Source: an uncultured Acetatifactor sp.
GTDB taxonomy: Bacteria > Bacillota > Clostridia > Lachnospirales > Lachnospiraceae
Length of the DNA: 64,000 bases
NCBI GenBank assembly: GCA_964529395.1
Contig: CAZGVI010000013.1
Location: 5,147 to 69,146 of the forward strand
Direction: 5' to 3'
Made by a program: the position numbers and the translations under genes. The number at the start of each line of letters is the position of its first letter. Within the stretch, counting starts at the first letter, position 1. Shown piece after piece: positions 45,542-55,252 of the stretch. A model generated the notes under the pieces. The model saw only the letters and a list, made by a program, of their open reading frames with translations, did no database searches and was not told where the DNA came from.

Positions 45542-45781
45542 ATGACAATACAGGAACTTTACGACGAAATTAAAGAAGATTATGGCCGCAGAATGTGCTG
45601 GATATCAGAACTGGCCGTTTCATTGGGTATATCTTATACGGAGGCTAACCATTTGACTTATGTAATGGGATATCGCCGTGGCCGAGCGCGAACACTGAAT
45701 TCTTCTACAGCTTTCTCCATGGATAAGGAGGTACAGAGGATACATGCGCTCATTTCTTCAAAAAACGGAGGTCGCCCTTGA
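45542..45781 (+). CDS. Small hypothetical protein (79 aa), possible HTH
   Basis: RBS GAGG; ISELAVSLGISYTEANHL; stop abuts next ATG. Confidence 0.6.
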   Translation: MTIQELYDEIKEDYGRRMCWISELAVSLGISYTEANHLTYVMGYRRGRARTLNSSTAFSMDKEVQRIHALISSKNGGRP

Positions 45782-45782
45782 T

Positions 45783-46487
45783 ATGCACTACGTAGTAGGC
45801 GACATTCACAACGAAAATAAAAAACTCCGCCAGCTCCTGAAACAGATCTCTTTTGGAGCGGATGACCATATCTATATCCTGGGGGATCTGTTTGACCGGG
45901 GTGGGGAGGACGCGGATCCGGTGGGGGTATATTTCACGGTACTGGAGCTGGGGGAACGCTGCACGGCCCTGCGGGGCAACCATGACCAATGGCTGGCGAC
46001 CTATATCCGCAATTACTATTCCCTGTCTGAACGGGAGCAGGAGCGCTGCGCGCCCTATACATACAATTCCTTTGATCTGATGCGACAGCGGCTTACCCCT
46101 GTAGATATGCGGCAGCTTGAGGCCTTTATAAACAGTCTCCCCCTGCACACCGGACTGAATCTGGAGCAAAAGGAGTATCTCTTTGCCCATGCCATGACCT
46201 GCGCTCCCGGCAGTTGGAGAAAGGCGGACTATTATCTGATGGGGGATTGGTATTTTGACCTGTTTGTAACAGGGGGTATTCCGGAATATATCTCCTTCTG
46301 CGGCCACCACAATACCGGCGGATTTTCCGGGTTTCCGGGGGCCTACTGCGACGGGGAGGAAATCTCCATCTGGCACAATGAGGCGAACAATGTATACATG
46401 ATGGACTGCGGCTGCGGCTTTGCGCACGGCAGACTGGCCTGTATGTGTCTGGAAACCGGGGAAAGGTTCTATATAGACAGCGAATAA
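45783..46487 (+). CDS. Calcineurin-like metallophosphoesterase (Ser/Thr phosphatase family)
   Basis: GDIH, GDLFDRG, RGNHD, FAHA, GHH, MDCGC motifs. Confidence 0.9.
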   Translation: MHYVVGDIHNENKKLRQLLKQISFGADDHIYILGDLFDRGGEDADPVGVYFTVLELGERCTALRGNHDQWLATYIRNYYSLSEREQERCAPYTYNSFDLMRQRLTPVDMRQLEAFINSLPLHTGLNLEQKEYLFAHAMTCAPGSWRKADYYLMGDWYFDLFVTGGIPEYISFCGHHNTGGFSGFPGAYCDGEEISIWHNEANNVYMMDCGCGFAHGRLACMCLETGERFYIDSE

Positions 46488-46494
46488 ACAGCCT

Positions 46495-46531
46495 CAAAAA
46501 GATGCACCCTGCTATTCAAACAGGGTGCATC
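46495..46531. terminator. Stem-loop at the convergent gene junction, overlapping the 3' end of the small zinc-finger gene
   Basis: gatgcaccctg / cagggtgcatc 11-bp stem. Confidence 0.65.
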
Positions 46532-46715
46532 CCATCTCTTTAAACTCTCGGATCTTTTCTTCCAAAAGTTGTGTGCTGACTCCGAAATATTCCGCATTGC
46601 AGGAAATACACAGAAAAGAATCCGCCGCCCGGTTATAAAGCTTTTTGTGCAGCCCAATCTCATCCTGGGACAACGGTCTGCCACAATTTCTGCACTTTTC
46701 TCCTCGGTCATTCAC
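46512..46715 (-). CDS. Small Cys-rich (CxxC..CxxC) hypothetical protein, translationally coupled to the alpha-galactosidase
   Basis: CRNCG..CISC; GTG at 46715 overlapping the upstream stop. Confidence 0.7.
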   Translation of the reverse strand: MNDRGEKCRNCGRPLSQDEIGLHKKLYNRAADSFLCISCNAEYFGVSTQLLEEKIREFKEMGCTLFE

Positions 46716-47838
46716 AGACCAACTCTCCCACCAGGATCTTGCAGGCGTCGAGATCCACATTACAGCGGTATCCGTCTCTGTAGATTCCTAGATCTTCCCC
46801 TGTCACGGCGTCCGTCAGCTTAAGCGCCACACCGGACTCCGAATGAATGCCCAGGTCGTCAAAAGATACACTCATGATATTCTCCCAGTCATTGGCGGCG
46901 TCCAGATTGAAAAAGCCCATGGCTACACGGTTGCCGCTCATGATCTTAGCCAGGGTGTAGGTCTTTTCTCCGTTATGTCCCAGCAGAAAAGCGGGCCTGT
47001 ACTCCTCGTCCTGGTTGATATCGATAAGTCCCTTGCACAGCAGCGTCTTCTCGTTGGCCTGATCCAGACTGCGCAGATCGGAGCCGATGATCAGGGGCGA
47101 ACCCAAAAAAGCCCACATGGCGAAATGCTGCAGATACTGCTCATCGCTGCAGCCGTTAAGTCCCACATTGCCCTTGCCGTGCATGCCCACGATCAGCATA
47201 TCCATATCGTTGTAGCATCCGGGGCCGTTGTTCTCTATATTTTCCACCTGGCTCTTGAAAATATCCTTATAACTCTTGGGAACGTCAAAAATATCCCCCG
47301 TGGAACGATAGCTGTGCGCTCCTCTGGAACGCATCCAGCCGGAAGGGTTCTCCACGCCCCAGTTACAGGCCGCCAGCAGAATCTCCCTGCCGCTGGCCCG
47401 CAGCGCCATAGCCATGGTCAGATAGGCGTTTTTACCGTTGCCGCTGGAGGGAAAATTGCAGAAATCGTACTTCAGATAATCCACGCCCCACTGGGCAAAC
47501 TGTTTCGCGTCCTCATACTCATGTCCATAGCTGCTGGGATATCCGGCGCAGGTCATAAAACCAGCGCAGGAATACATGCCGAATTTCAACCCTTTGGAAT
47601 GAACATAGTCGGAGAGATACTTCATCCCGTGGGGAAACAGCGCTGGATCCGCCACCAGCTTTCCGTCCACCCTCTCCTTAAGCGACCAGCAATCGTCGAT
47701 GATCACATACTCATATCCCGCGTCCTTATACCCCTTTTCCACGATGACATCCGCCATCTCCATGATCAACTGCTCGTTGATATCCTTTCCAAAGGTATTC
47801 CACGAGTTCCATCCCATAGGCGCTTTCATTGCCAACAT
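46708..47838 (-). CDS. GH27 alpha-galactosidase
   Basis: PMGWNSWN, IDDCW, GLKFGMYS, WGVDYLKYDFC, NDMDML. Confidence 0.92.
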   Translation of the reverse strand: MLAMKAPMGWNSWNTFGKDINEQLIMEMADVIVEKGYKDAGYEYVIIDDCWSLKERVDGKLVADPALFPHGMKYLSDYVHSKGLKFGMYSCAGFMTCAGYPSSYGHEYEDAKQFAQWGVDYLKYDFCNFPSSGNGKNAYLTMAMALRASGREILLAACNWGVENPSGWMRSRGAHSYRSTGDIFDVPKSYKDIFKSQVENIENNGPGCYNDMDMLIVGMHGKGNVGLNGCSDEQYLQHFAMWAFLGSPLIIGSDLRSLDQANEKTLLCKGLIDINQDEEYRPAFLLGHNGEKTYTLAKIMSGNRVAMGFFNLDAANDWENIMSVSFDDLGIHSESGVALKLTDAVTGEDLGIYRDGYRCNVDLDACKILVGELVCE

Positions 47839-47951
47839 AAACCTGTCCTCCTGTATTTATAATTCCCTGCTGCCGCAGTCGTCTATCTCTGTCCATACTA
47901 TCACATAATCTCTTTGTCTGAAAGGAGAATTACAATAATTTTTTTAACCCC

Positions 47952-47990
47952 TTGCGCTATCGCAATCTTTGTGATATGATTTTGATATCA
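47952..47990 (+). promoter_or_regulatory. Promoter of the SPFH-Arc operon with TGATAT(CA) boxes
   Basis: TTGCGC - 17 bp - TATGAT; TGATAT at 47972-47977 and palindrome TGATATCA at 47983-47990. Confidence 0.55.
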
Positions 47991-48025
47991 AAAAAATTCC
48001 TCTAAGGGAAAGGAGCTATATTACA

Positions 48026-49051
48026 ATGGAAGAAAAAATTTTAAAGGGAAAAAAGAATGGAATGAAGGTATTGTTGGCGGTCATTCTGGTCTATGTGTTG
48101 GACATCGCATTATTCGCAGTTTCTGTAGGCCATGTGGAAAGTTCCGCGAATCCACTGTGGATAGCGATGCTGGTAGTGAGTATTCTCCTATTTTTCACCG
48201 CATGGATATTCCTGTGCGGCCTAAAGGTGTTGAAACCTCAGGAAGCACTGGTGCTCACTCTGTTCGGTAAGTATGTGGGCACGCTGAAAGAGAACGGTTT
48301 TTACTACGTGAATCCGTTCTGCACCGGAGTAAACCCGGCGGCGAAAACCCGGCTAAACCAGAGCGGAGACGTGTCTGAGACCGGCAACCTGTCAGCGCTT
48401 ACTGTACAGGGCTCGGGAGTAAATGTTACGACCTACTCCAACAAGCTTTCCTTAAAGATCATGACCCTGAACAACAGCAGACAAAAGATCAACGATTGTC
48501 TGGGCAATCCCATTGAGATCGGGATCGCCGTCACCTGGAGAATCGTGGATACGGCAAAGGCTGTATTCAATGTGGAGAATTATAAGGAATTTCTCTCCCT
48601 GCAATGTGACAGCGCCCTGCGGAACGTGGTTCGCATCTACCCTTACGACGTTTCTCCCAATGTGGACACCACCGGCGACGGCGTAGCGGACGAGGGTAGT
48701 CTGAGAGGCTCCAGCGAAGTGGTGGCCGCCAGGATCCGGGATGAGATTCAGACCCGTGTGCAGGAAGCGGGAATAGAGATCATAGAGGCCAGGATCACCT
48801 ATCTGGCATACGCGTCGGAAATCGCCGCTGTGATGCTCCAGAGGCAGCAGGCATCGGCGATCATAGACGCCCGTAAGATGATCGTGGACGGCGCAGTGGG
48901 CATGGTAGAGATGGCACTGGAGCGCCTGAATGAAAAACATGTGGTGGAGTTGGATGAGGAGCGCAAGGCGGCTATGGTCTCCAATCTTCTGGTGGTTCTG
49001 TGCGGTAACCGGGACGCGCAGCCCATTGTAAATTCGGGGAGCCTGTATTGA
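48026..49051 (+). CDS. SPFH/band 7 domain membrane protein
   Basis: Two N-terminal TMs; [41 protein letters not shown]. Confidence 0.92.
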   Translation: MEEKILKGKKNGMKVLLAVILVYVLDIALFAVSVGHVESSANPLWIAMLVVSILLFFTAWIFLCGLKVLKPQEALVLTLFGKYVGTLKENGFYYVNPFCTGVNPAAKTRLNQSGDVSETGNLSALTVQGSGVNVTTYSNKLSLKIMTLNNSRQKINDCLGNPIEIGIAVTWRIVDTAKAVFNVENYKEFLSLQCDSALRNVVRIYPYDVSPNVDTTGDGVADEGSLRGSSEVVAARIRDEIQTRVQEAGIEIIEARITYLAYASEIAAVMLQRQQASAIIDARKMIVDGAVGMVEMALERLNEKHVVELDEERKAAMVSNLLVVLCGNRDAQPIVNSGSLY

Positions 49052-49052
49052 T

Positions 49053-49250
49053 ATGGCCGATAACAAAAAACAGATTCCCCTGCGTCTGTCCCCAAAGCTG
49101 TACAACGCCATTGCCGCCTGGGCGGAGGATGATTTTCGGTCCGTAAACGGACAGATCGAATATCTTTTGACGGAATGCGTCAGACAGCGCAAGAAGAATG
49201 GAAAATATGTATCGGATGAGATAGATATTTCCCCGGAATTGGATATTTAG
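49053..49250 (+). CDS. Arc-family ribbon-helix-helix DNA-binding protein
   Basis: [29 protein letters not shown]. Confidence 0.88.
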   Translation: MADNKKQIPLRLSPKLYNAIAAWAEDDFRSVNGQIEYLLTECVRQRKKNGKYVSDEIDISPELDI

Positions 49251-49305
49251 CACATATCCCGCATATGTGTCACAAACTTGCCGTGCAATATGAGATTGTG
49301 GAGAG

Positions 49306-49336
49306 AGGGCATCGGACTGAAGCCGATGCCCTTTTT
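49306..49336 (+). terminator. Rho-independent terminator after SPFH-Arc
   Basis: agggcatcgg/ccgatgccct stem + T tract. Confidence 0.8.
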
Positions 49337-49461
49337 GTGCATTTTTTAATCTTTTTTCATGCAATTTTATGCATAATATCTAAATTGCATTGACAATTTT
49401 ACTTGAGCGCCTCATAATAATATATAATATCTTTTTGCTCAGAAAAGAGGTGCTCCATTGT

Positions 49462-50040
49462 ATGAATAAAGGTATAGTTAAATCAATCATATTTGTTTTC
49501 CTGATATTAGCAATTTATAATATTTGCTCCGTTCCCGTTTCCGGTAAAACCGCCACGGATTTAGAGAACACGGCATCCGATTCTTATATGATCGATCTTT
49601 ATCCTTATGTTGCGGACTATGATTATGAGTTCTATTTAAAGGGAATATATCTTTCAGCGGATGGGAAAAACGATCAATTATATATCCATCCCATTGATCT
49701 CGTCTTCGGCAGGGAAACAGAAAAACTTGCGGAATATGGCATACAGGATGAGGGGGTAACTTATTATGAATATGAATATACAGACGAATTACTCTCTCTG
49801 CCCCTAAAACCGGAGACACAATTTCATATCATTAACTGGCACCGTAATCCGGAGATGGCAGAGCAGAGCCTCAATCATCCCGACCCGACCCTGGGCTGTA
49901 TCTGTGCCCTGGATGATCCCTTCGCTTTTTTTGAGTTTATGAGTGATGATTATGGTACGCATCTTGCCGTTTATCCGTTATGTCTGTATCTGGATGAAGA
50001 CGGGTATGTGGAAACACTGATTGAATTGTGTCTCCCATAG
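49462..50040 (+). CDS. Secreted hypothetical protein, paralog of 50073-50696
   Basis: Signal peptide; RBS GAGG before ATG at 49462; shared motif blocks with the downstream gene. Confidence 0.75.
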   Translation: MNKGIVKSIIFVFLILAIYNICSVPVSGKTATDLENTASDSYMIDLYPYVADYDYEFYLKGIYLSADGKNDQLYIHPIDLVFGRETEKLAEYGIQDEGVTYYEYEYTDELLSLPLKPETQFHIINWHRNPEMAEQSLNHPDPTLGCICALDDPFAFFEFMSDDYGTHLAVYPLCLYLDEDGYVETLIELCLP

Positions 50041-50072
50041 AGTTTTGCTGAAATCTGTGGAGGAAAATAGAT

Positions 50073-50696
50073 ATGTCTTTGAAAGCAAAAACATCTTTTC
50101 TTGCCTTATGTATACTTCTCACTGCGGCGGCCTGCGGCCCACAACAGGAAAACATTTCCCCGGAAAATCCTCCGTCCTCTACGCCGGTTTCCGCAGCGGA
50201 AACACCCATGCCGTCTTCGGAAGAATCCTCTTTTGCAGAGGATACAAAGTCCGCAGAGCCAGAGCCTACGGGTGCCGTCTCCTATCCGCTGGTGTATCCT
50301 ATGGACGGGGACTATGACTACATCTTTTATCTGAACGGACTCTACCTGTCTTCCGATAAGGTCAGCGACCAACTGTGCATTCAACCCATTCGATTTTCAG
50401 CATCGGAGGACAATACCTACCAGATCGAGGAGTACACAGATGAAATTCTGACCCTGCCCCTCAAACCGGAGACACAGTTCCAGATCATCAACTGGAACCG
50501 GGATCCGCAGATGGCGGAGCAGAGTCTTAACCAGCCCCTCTCTTCCCTGGTTGCCGTCTGTGTGTTTGACAACCCCCGTACTTTTTTCAAATATATGAAA
50601 CAGAACCATGGCGAAAATCTTGCTGCCAGACCTATGGTATTAAACCTGGATCAGGACGGATATGTGGATCTGGTAGTGGAACTGTATGTGCCATAG
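50073..50696 (+). CDS. Hypothetical lipoprotein, paralog of 49462-50040
   Basis: Lipobox LTAAC, P/S/E-rich linker, shared domain. Confidence 0.78.
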   Translation: MSLKAKTSFLALCILLTAAACGPQQENISPENPPSSTPVSAAETPMPSSEESSFAEDTKSAEPEPTGAVSYPLVYPMDGDYDYIFYLNGLYLSSDKVSDQLCIQPIRFSASEDNTYQIEEYTDEILTLPLKPETQFQIINWNRDPQMAEQSLNQPLSSLVAVCVFDNPRTFFKYMKQNHGENLAARPMVLNLDQDGYVDLVVELYVP

Positions 50697-50819
50697 TTCA
50701 ATATGTGCAGGGCTACTGGTGAGCAGAGCAACATGTACTTCTGTTGCTCTGCATTGTTTAACAAACAAAAACAAGGCCATGCTAAAACATATTATGATAT
50801 AAAAGGGGGCACAGAAAAG

Positions 50820-52925
50820 ATGCGGAGAAAAATAATTATCATTTCCAGTATTTTATTTGCTCTTTTTCTAACCGGAGTACTGTCTGCCTGTGGCCAGCAA
50901 AAAAATACAGAAGTTTCCACAAAGACTTTCAGCATGGAATACTCTCAGGAACAGGAACTCCCCTTTATTGCGCAAACTGTCTGCAATGCAGACAACGCAT
51001 GGATCATCAGTACTGTAAAAAAAGACCCAATATATAAATGGTCCTTACAGACTTTGGGAGTCGAGGCAGAGCAGCTTGCGTGGCAGCCGGAAGAAGGCAA
51101 TTATGACCTTATAAACATTGCGGAACACCAGGGAACACTATATGCACAACTAAAAAACCGTGAAAACAATACGTTTGAAATCCGCAAATATAACTTAGGC
51201 GGAAATTGGAGCAATGTCGCATCCATTAAGATAGATAACTGGGCAGATTATACTGTTATAGGAAACGGATTCTTTGTGGACGATGATGAAAATATATACC
51301 TTGTGAATGGAAATGGAGTAACGCGTTTCAGCAAAGACGCGCAGGAAGAAAAAGCCTATAAATTAAAAGGAAATATCTGCCTTTTGCTGAAAAACACCGA
51401 TGGCTATGTAGAATGTGTATCTGCAACCGCAAACGAGATTATCATGTACGAATTAAGGGGAGACAAGGCGGAGGAGAAATGGACACTGCAAGTATCTGCT
51501 CAAGGGGCTCGAAACGTCCAGTGTAGCACTGAAAATATGTTATGTCTGGCAACAGATCAGGGCATCCTGTTTTTGGATAAAGAGTCCGGCGGCCTGTTGG
51601 CAAAGACTGATACAATGGCACTGGGAATTTATTCTGTTATGGCGGGGTATTATGACGAGAGCAGGGAAGAACTGCGACTATATAGTTTGACCGGAACAGA
51701 CACGGAAAAAATACAATATAGTCTATTACAGGAAAGAGACGCGTCAGAACGGCAAAGAACAGAAATTGTCTACGGAATGATATGTGGAGTAAACAGAGGA
51801 GAAACTTCCAGTATATGGAAAGCTATCGCCACATTTAACCAAACCAGTGACGAATATTATATAACTATACGGGACTACGACAACAATTTGGATCGACTAC
51901 ATGCGGATATGGCGACCGGGAACGGCCCGGATATAATAGACATGACATATGATTATTACGAATCTTATGTGAAAAACGGTTATCTGGAAGATCTGTCGCC
52001 CTATCTGGAACAGTCAAAGTACAAGGACGACATAATATGGAATATTCTGGATACCTTTAAAATAGAGAACGGATTGTACGTTTTTACTCCACAGGTTTCA
52101 TTGTCGGGAGTGGCAATTCATCCAAAATACGAAACCGCCATAAAGGAATGGAATATGGCAAGCTTTCTGAATATAGTAGAGCAAAATCAATGGGAGCTGG
52201 CTCCGGTGGGAGGACAAGCCGGATCTCCAACCACATTGCTGTCTTTTCTTTTGAGCGGCAGACAGGAAGAATTTATTGACTGGGAGCAGAAAACCGCCTC
52301 CTTTGAGACGGACGAATTTGTCAATATACTGAAACTGTGCAGAGAATACGCGGAAAAGAACTGGTCTTATATGGAGCAGCAGACTTATGAGGAGCGGAAA
52401 TATAATATATTATGTCAGGAAATTTATTTGGGCGGAGATTTTACCACCTATTTGAGTCACGCAGACGTATACGGAAGGGAATATCCCCTTTACGGATATC
52501 CCACGCTCTCCGGACAAATCTACAAAATTTCCACCTGCCCCGACAGTTGCGCCATCTACTCCGGAAGCAGACAAAAAGAAGCAGCCTGGAGCTTTATAGA
52601 GAGCCTGCTATGGGACTCAAATCAAAAATATTATGGTGTAGTTAATCCCGGATTACCGATTCGAGGTTCCATGCTAAAAGAAGTGGCGGAAGAGTCAAAG
52701 GAAATGCCCGTTCGATCCAATGGAGAAATGCTGACCATAACGGATGCGGAAATAGAAATAGTGATGGATATCCTCTACCATGGGAAACTGTGCAATGGTA
52801 CGCTGGACCGTGATATATGGGCAGTAATTTGGGAAGAAACCGCTCCTTATTTTGCCGGTGACAAAAACGCGGAGGACGTGGCGCATATCATACAGAGTAA
52901 GGTAAATATTATCTTACAAGAATAA
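50820..52925 (+). CDS. Large lipoprotein with C-terminal extracellular solute-binding domain
   Basis: Lipobox VLSAC; GNGPDIIDM, GYLEDLSPYL, AAWSFIESLL, IQSKVNIIL. Confidence 0.8.
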   Translation: MRRKIIIISSILFALFLTGVLSACGQQKNTEVSTKTFSMEYSQEQELPFIAQTVCNADNAWIISTVKKDPIYKWSLQTLGVEAEQLAWQPEEGNYDLINIAEHQGTLYAQLKNRENNTFEIRKYNLGGNWSNVASIKIDNWADYTVIGNGFFVDDDENIYLVNGNGVTRFSKDAQEEKAYKLKGNICLLLKNTDGYVECVSATANEIIMYELRGDKAEEKWTLQVSAQGARNVQCSTENMLCLATDQGILFLDKESGGLLAKTDTMALGIYSVMAGYYDESREELRLYSLTGTDTEKIQYSLLQERDASERQRTEIVYGMICGVNRGETSSIWKAIATFNQTSDEYYITIRDYDNNLDRLHADMATGNGPDIIDMTYDYYESYVKNGYLEDLSPYLEQSKYKDDIIWNILDTFKIENGLYVFTPQVSLSGVAIHPKYETAIKEWNMASFLNIVEQNQWELAPVGGQAGSPTTLLSFLLSGRQEEFIDWEQKTASFETDEFVNILKLCREYAEKNWSYMEQQTYEERKYNILCQEIYLGGDFTTYLSHADVYGREYPLYGYPTLSGQIYKISTCPDSCAIYSGSRQKEAAWSFIESLLWDSNQKYYGVVNPGLPIRGSMLKEVAEESKEMPVRSNGEMLTITDAEIEIVMDILYHGKLCNGTLDRDIWAVIWEETAPYFAGDKNAEDVAHIIQSKVNIILQE

Positions 52926-52963
52926 AAATACAAAATTGGAGAAATTTTGTTCTGCTAACCTTA

Positions 52964-52992
52964 TTGACAACCCGGCCAAACTCTGATAATCT
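52964..52992 (+). promoter_or_regulatory. sigma-A promoter of the thrS leader
   Basis: TTGACA - 17 bp - TAATCT with extended TG. Confidence 0.6.
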
Positions 52993-52999
52993 AACCTCA

Positions 53000-53260
53000 A
53001 TAACATAAGAAAAGCCATGACGGAAAAAAGTAGTTCGCAACGAATCATCCAGAGAGAGCAGCATATTGGTGAGAGCCGCTTATGAGGACTGCCTACGAAA
53101 ACCATTCCCGAGCCGCAGCGCCGAAATCAGATGTAAGCGCCGCCGTACGCCTGCGTTAAAGGATAGGATTTATTGGAATCTGAAGTGAAAAGTTAAGGTG
53201 GAACCGTGCAGACGCACCCTTAAGACTGTATACAATGGTCTTATGGGTGCTTTTCTTATG
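53000..53260 (+). ncRNA. T-box riboswitch (Thr specifier ACC)
   Basis: AGTA and AGAGA/GAG stem I motifs, GAAA-ACC specifier at 53101-53103, T-box AAGGTGGAACCGTG at 53195-53208, terminator gcaccc..gggtgc-tttt. Confidence 0.9.
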
Positions 53261-53303
53261 TTGTTGCAACCCAATAACTCTGATTCAGAAAGGAGCAACA
53301 AAC

Positions 53304-55079
53304 ATGAAGATTCTACACAAAAACGGAGAGATCACAGTCTCGGACTTCAGCAGTCCGGAGGGAAAAAAGGCTTTCTGGCATACCAGCGCCCATGTGCTGG
53401 CCCAGGCGGTAAAGCGTCTGTACCCGGATACAAAATGCGCCATCGGCCCAGCGACAGACAACGGATTTTATTATGATTTCGCTTTTTCCTTCCCCTTTAC
53501 GGAGGAACATCTGCGGGCCGTGGAAGCTGAGATGCAAATACTGGCCCGGGAATCCCTGTCTCTGCAGGTTCGGACGGTATCCCGGCAGGAGGCGCTGTCT
53601 CATATGGAAAAGGAAGGGGAGGACTTCAAGCAGGAGCTGATCCGGGAATTGCCGGAGGACGAAGAGATCACTTTTTACAGGCAGGGAGATTACACGGAGC
53701 TCTGCGCTGGCCCCCATCTGTCCAATACCAGCCCCATCAAGGCCGTGAAACTGTTGTCCGTCGCCGGGGCCTACTGGCGGGGAAACGAAAAAAACCGGAT
53801 GCTGACCAGAATATACGGCATCTCCTTTCCCAAAGCCGCCGATCTGGAGGAATATCTGCGCCGACTGGAGGAGGCCAGAGCCCGGGATCACCGCCGACTG
53901 GGAAAAGAGCTGGAGCTTTTCGCCCTGCTGGACGAAGGGCCGGGATTCCCTTTTCTCCTTCCAAGGGGGTTGATCCTCAAAAATCTGTTGATCGACTACT
54001 GGCGAAAACTCCACACAAGGGAGGGATATGTGGAAATCTCCACCCCTATGATCTTAAACCGCGAACTATGGGAGACCTCCGGCCACTGGGAACATTACCG
54101 GGATAAAATGTACACCACCGTGATCGACGGAACGGACTTTGCCATAAAGCCCATGAGCTGCCCCGGCGGTATGCTGGTCTACAATCTGCGGCCCCGCTCC
54201 TACAGGGATCTGCCTATGAGAATGGGGGAGCTGGGGCTGGTGCACCGGAACGAAAAATCGGGAACGCTCCACGGCCTGATGCGGGTGCGCTGCCTGACCC
54301 AGGACGACGCCCATATTTTTATGACAGAGCAACAGGTGCAGGAGGAGATCCGGGGCATTATGCGGATGATCGACGAGGTATACGCCCGGTTTGGATTTTC
54401 CTATGAGATCGAACTGTCCACCCGGCCTGAAGACTCCATCGGCAGCGACGAGGAGTGGGAGCTTGCCACAAAGGCCCTGACGGACGCAGTAAACGGTATG
54501 GGAAAGACTTTCGTGGTAAATGAAGGAGACGGAGCCTTTTACGGGCCCAAACTGGATTTTCACCTGAAAGACTCTATAGGCAGGACCTGGCAGTGCGGAA
54601 CGATCCAACTGGACTTTCAGTTGCCGCAAAGATTCCATATAGAATATATGGGGGCAGACGGCGAAAAACACCGCCCGGTCATGATCCACCGGGTGATATT
54701 CGGCTCCATCGAGCGTTTCATCGGCATCTTGATCGAACATTATGCCGGAAAATTTCCTCTGTGGCTCTCTCCGGTGCAGGTTAAGGTACTGCCTGTTTCC
54801 GACAAGTATACGGACTACGTGGAAGAAGTGTCGAAATGGCTGCAAGGACAGGGAATCCGCACGGAAATCGACCGGAGGGATGAAAAACTGGGCTACAAGA
54901 TCCGGGAGGCCCAGATGGACAAAGTGCCCTGCATGATCATCATCGGGGAAAAAGAGCAGAAGAACCGCTCCGTGTCTGTCAGATGGAGAGACGCTCCGAA
55001 AGAGGGCCAGGATCTGGGGGAAATGTCCCCGGAGCGGCTGCTGGAACTATTGGCGCAGACAGGCTATAAAATCCCGTAA
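53304..55079 (+). CDS. thrS: Threonyl-tRNA synthetase
   Basis: FWHTSAHVLAQA, RDHRRLG, KPMSCP, HRNEKSGTLHGLMRVR, QCGTIQLDF, MIHR; start at 53304 after AGGAG. Confidence 0.96.
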   Translation: MKILHKNGEITVSDFSSPEGKKAFWHTSAHVLAQAVKRLYPDTKCAIGPATDNGFYYDFAFSFPFTEEHLRAVEAEMQILARESLSLQVRTVSRQEALSHMEKEGEDFKQELIRELPEDEEITFYRQGDYTELCAGPHLSNTSPIKAVKLLSVAGAYWRGNEKNRMLTRIYGISFPKAADLEEYLRRLEEARARDHRRLGKELELFALLDEGPGFPFLLPRGLILKNLLIDYWRKLHTREGYVEISTPMILNRELWETSGHWEHYRDKMYTTVIDGTDFAIKPMSCPGGMLVYNLRPRSYRDLPMRMGELGLVHRNEKSGTLHGLMRVRCLTQDDAHIFMTEQQVQEEIRGIMRMIDEVYARFGFSYEIELSTRPEDSIGSDEEWELATKALTDAVNGMGKTFVVNEGDGAFYGPKLDFHLKDSIGRTWQCGTIQLDFQLPQRFHIEYMGADGEKHRPVMIHRVIFGSIERFIGILIEHYAGKFPLWLSPVQVKVLPVSDKYTDYVEEVSKWLQGQGIRTEIDRRDEKLGYKIREAQMDKVPCMIIIGEKEQKNRSVSVRWRDAPKEGQDLGEMSPERLLELLAQTGYKIP

Positions 55080-55086
55080 TATTAAT

Positions 55087-55120
55087 ATCGGGCGGAGACG
55101 TTATCCTGTCTCCGCCCGAT
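55087..55120. terminator. Stem-loop terminator after thrS
   Basis: atcgggcggagac/gtctccgcccgat 13-bp stem. Confidence 0.75.
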
Positions 55121-55252
55121 TTCTCCGCACAGCCAAAATATTGCAGCCCATTTTCCATACGGTCAAAGTCACTCTGCACGATTTTTATACATAACGAAAA
55201 CTTCCGCGTTCGGACTTCAGCAAAAACCACCTGGCCAGCCACCCGCTCCATA

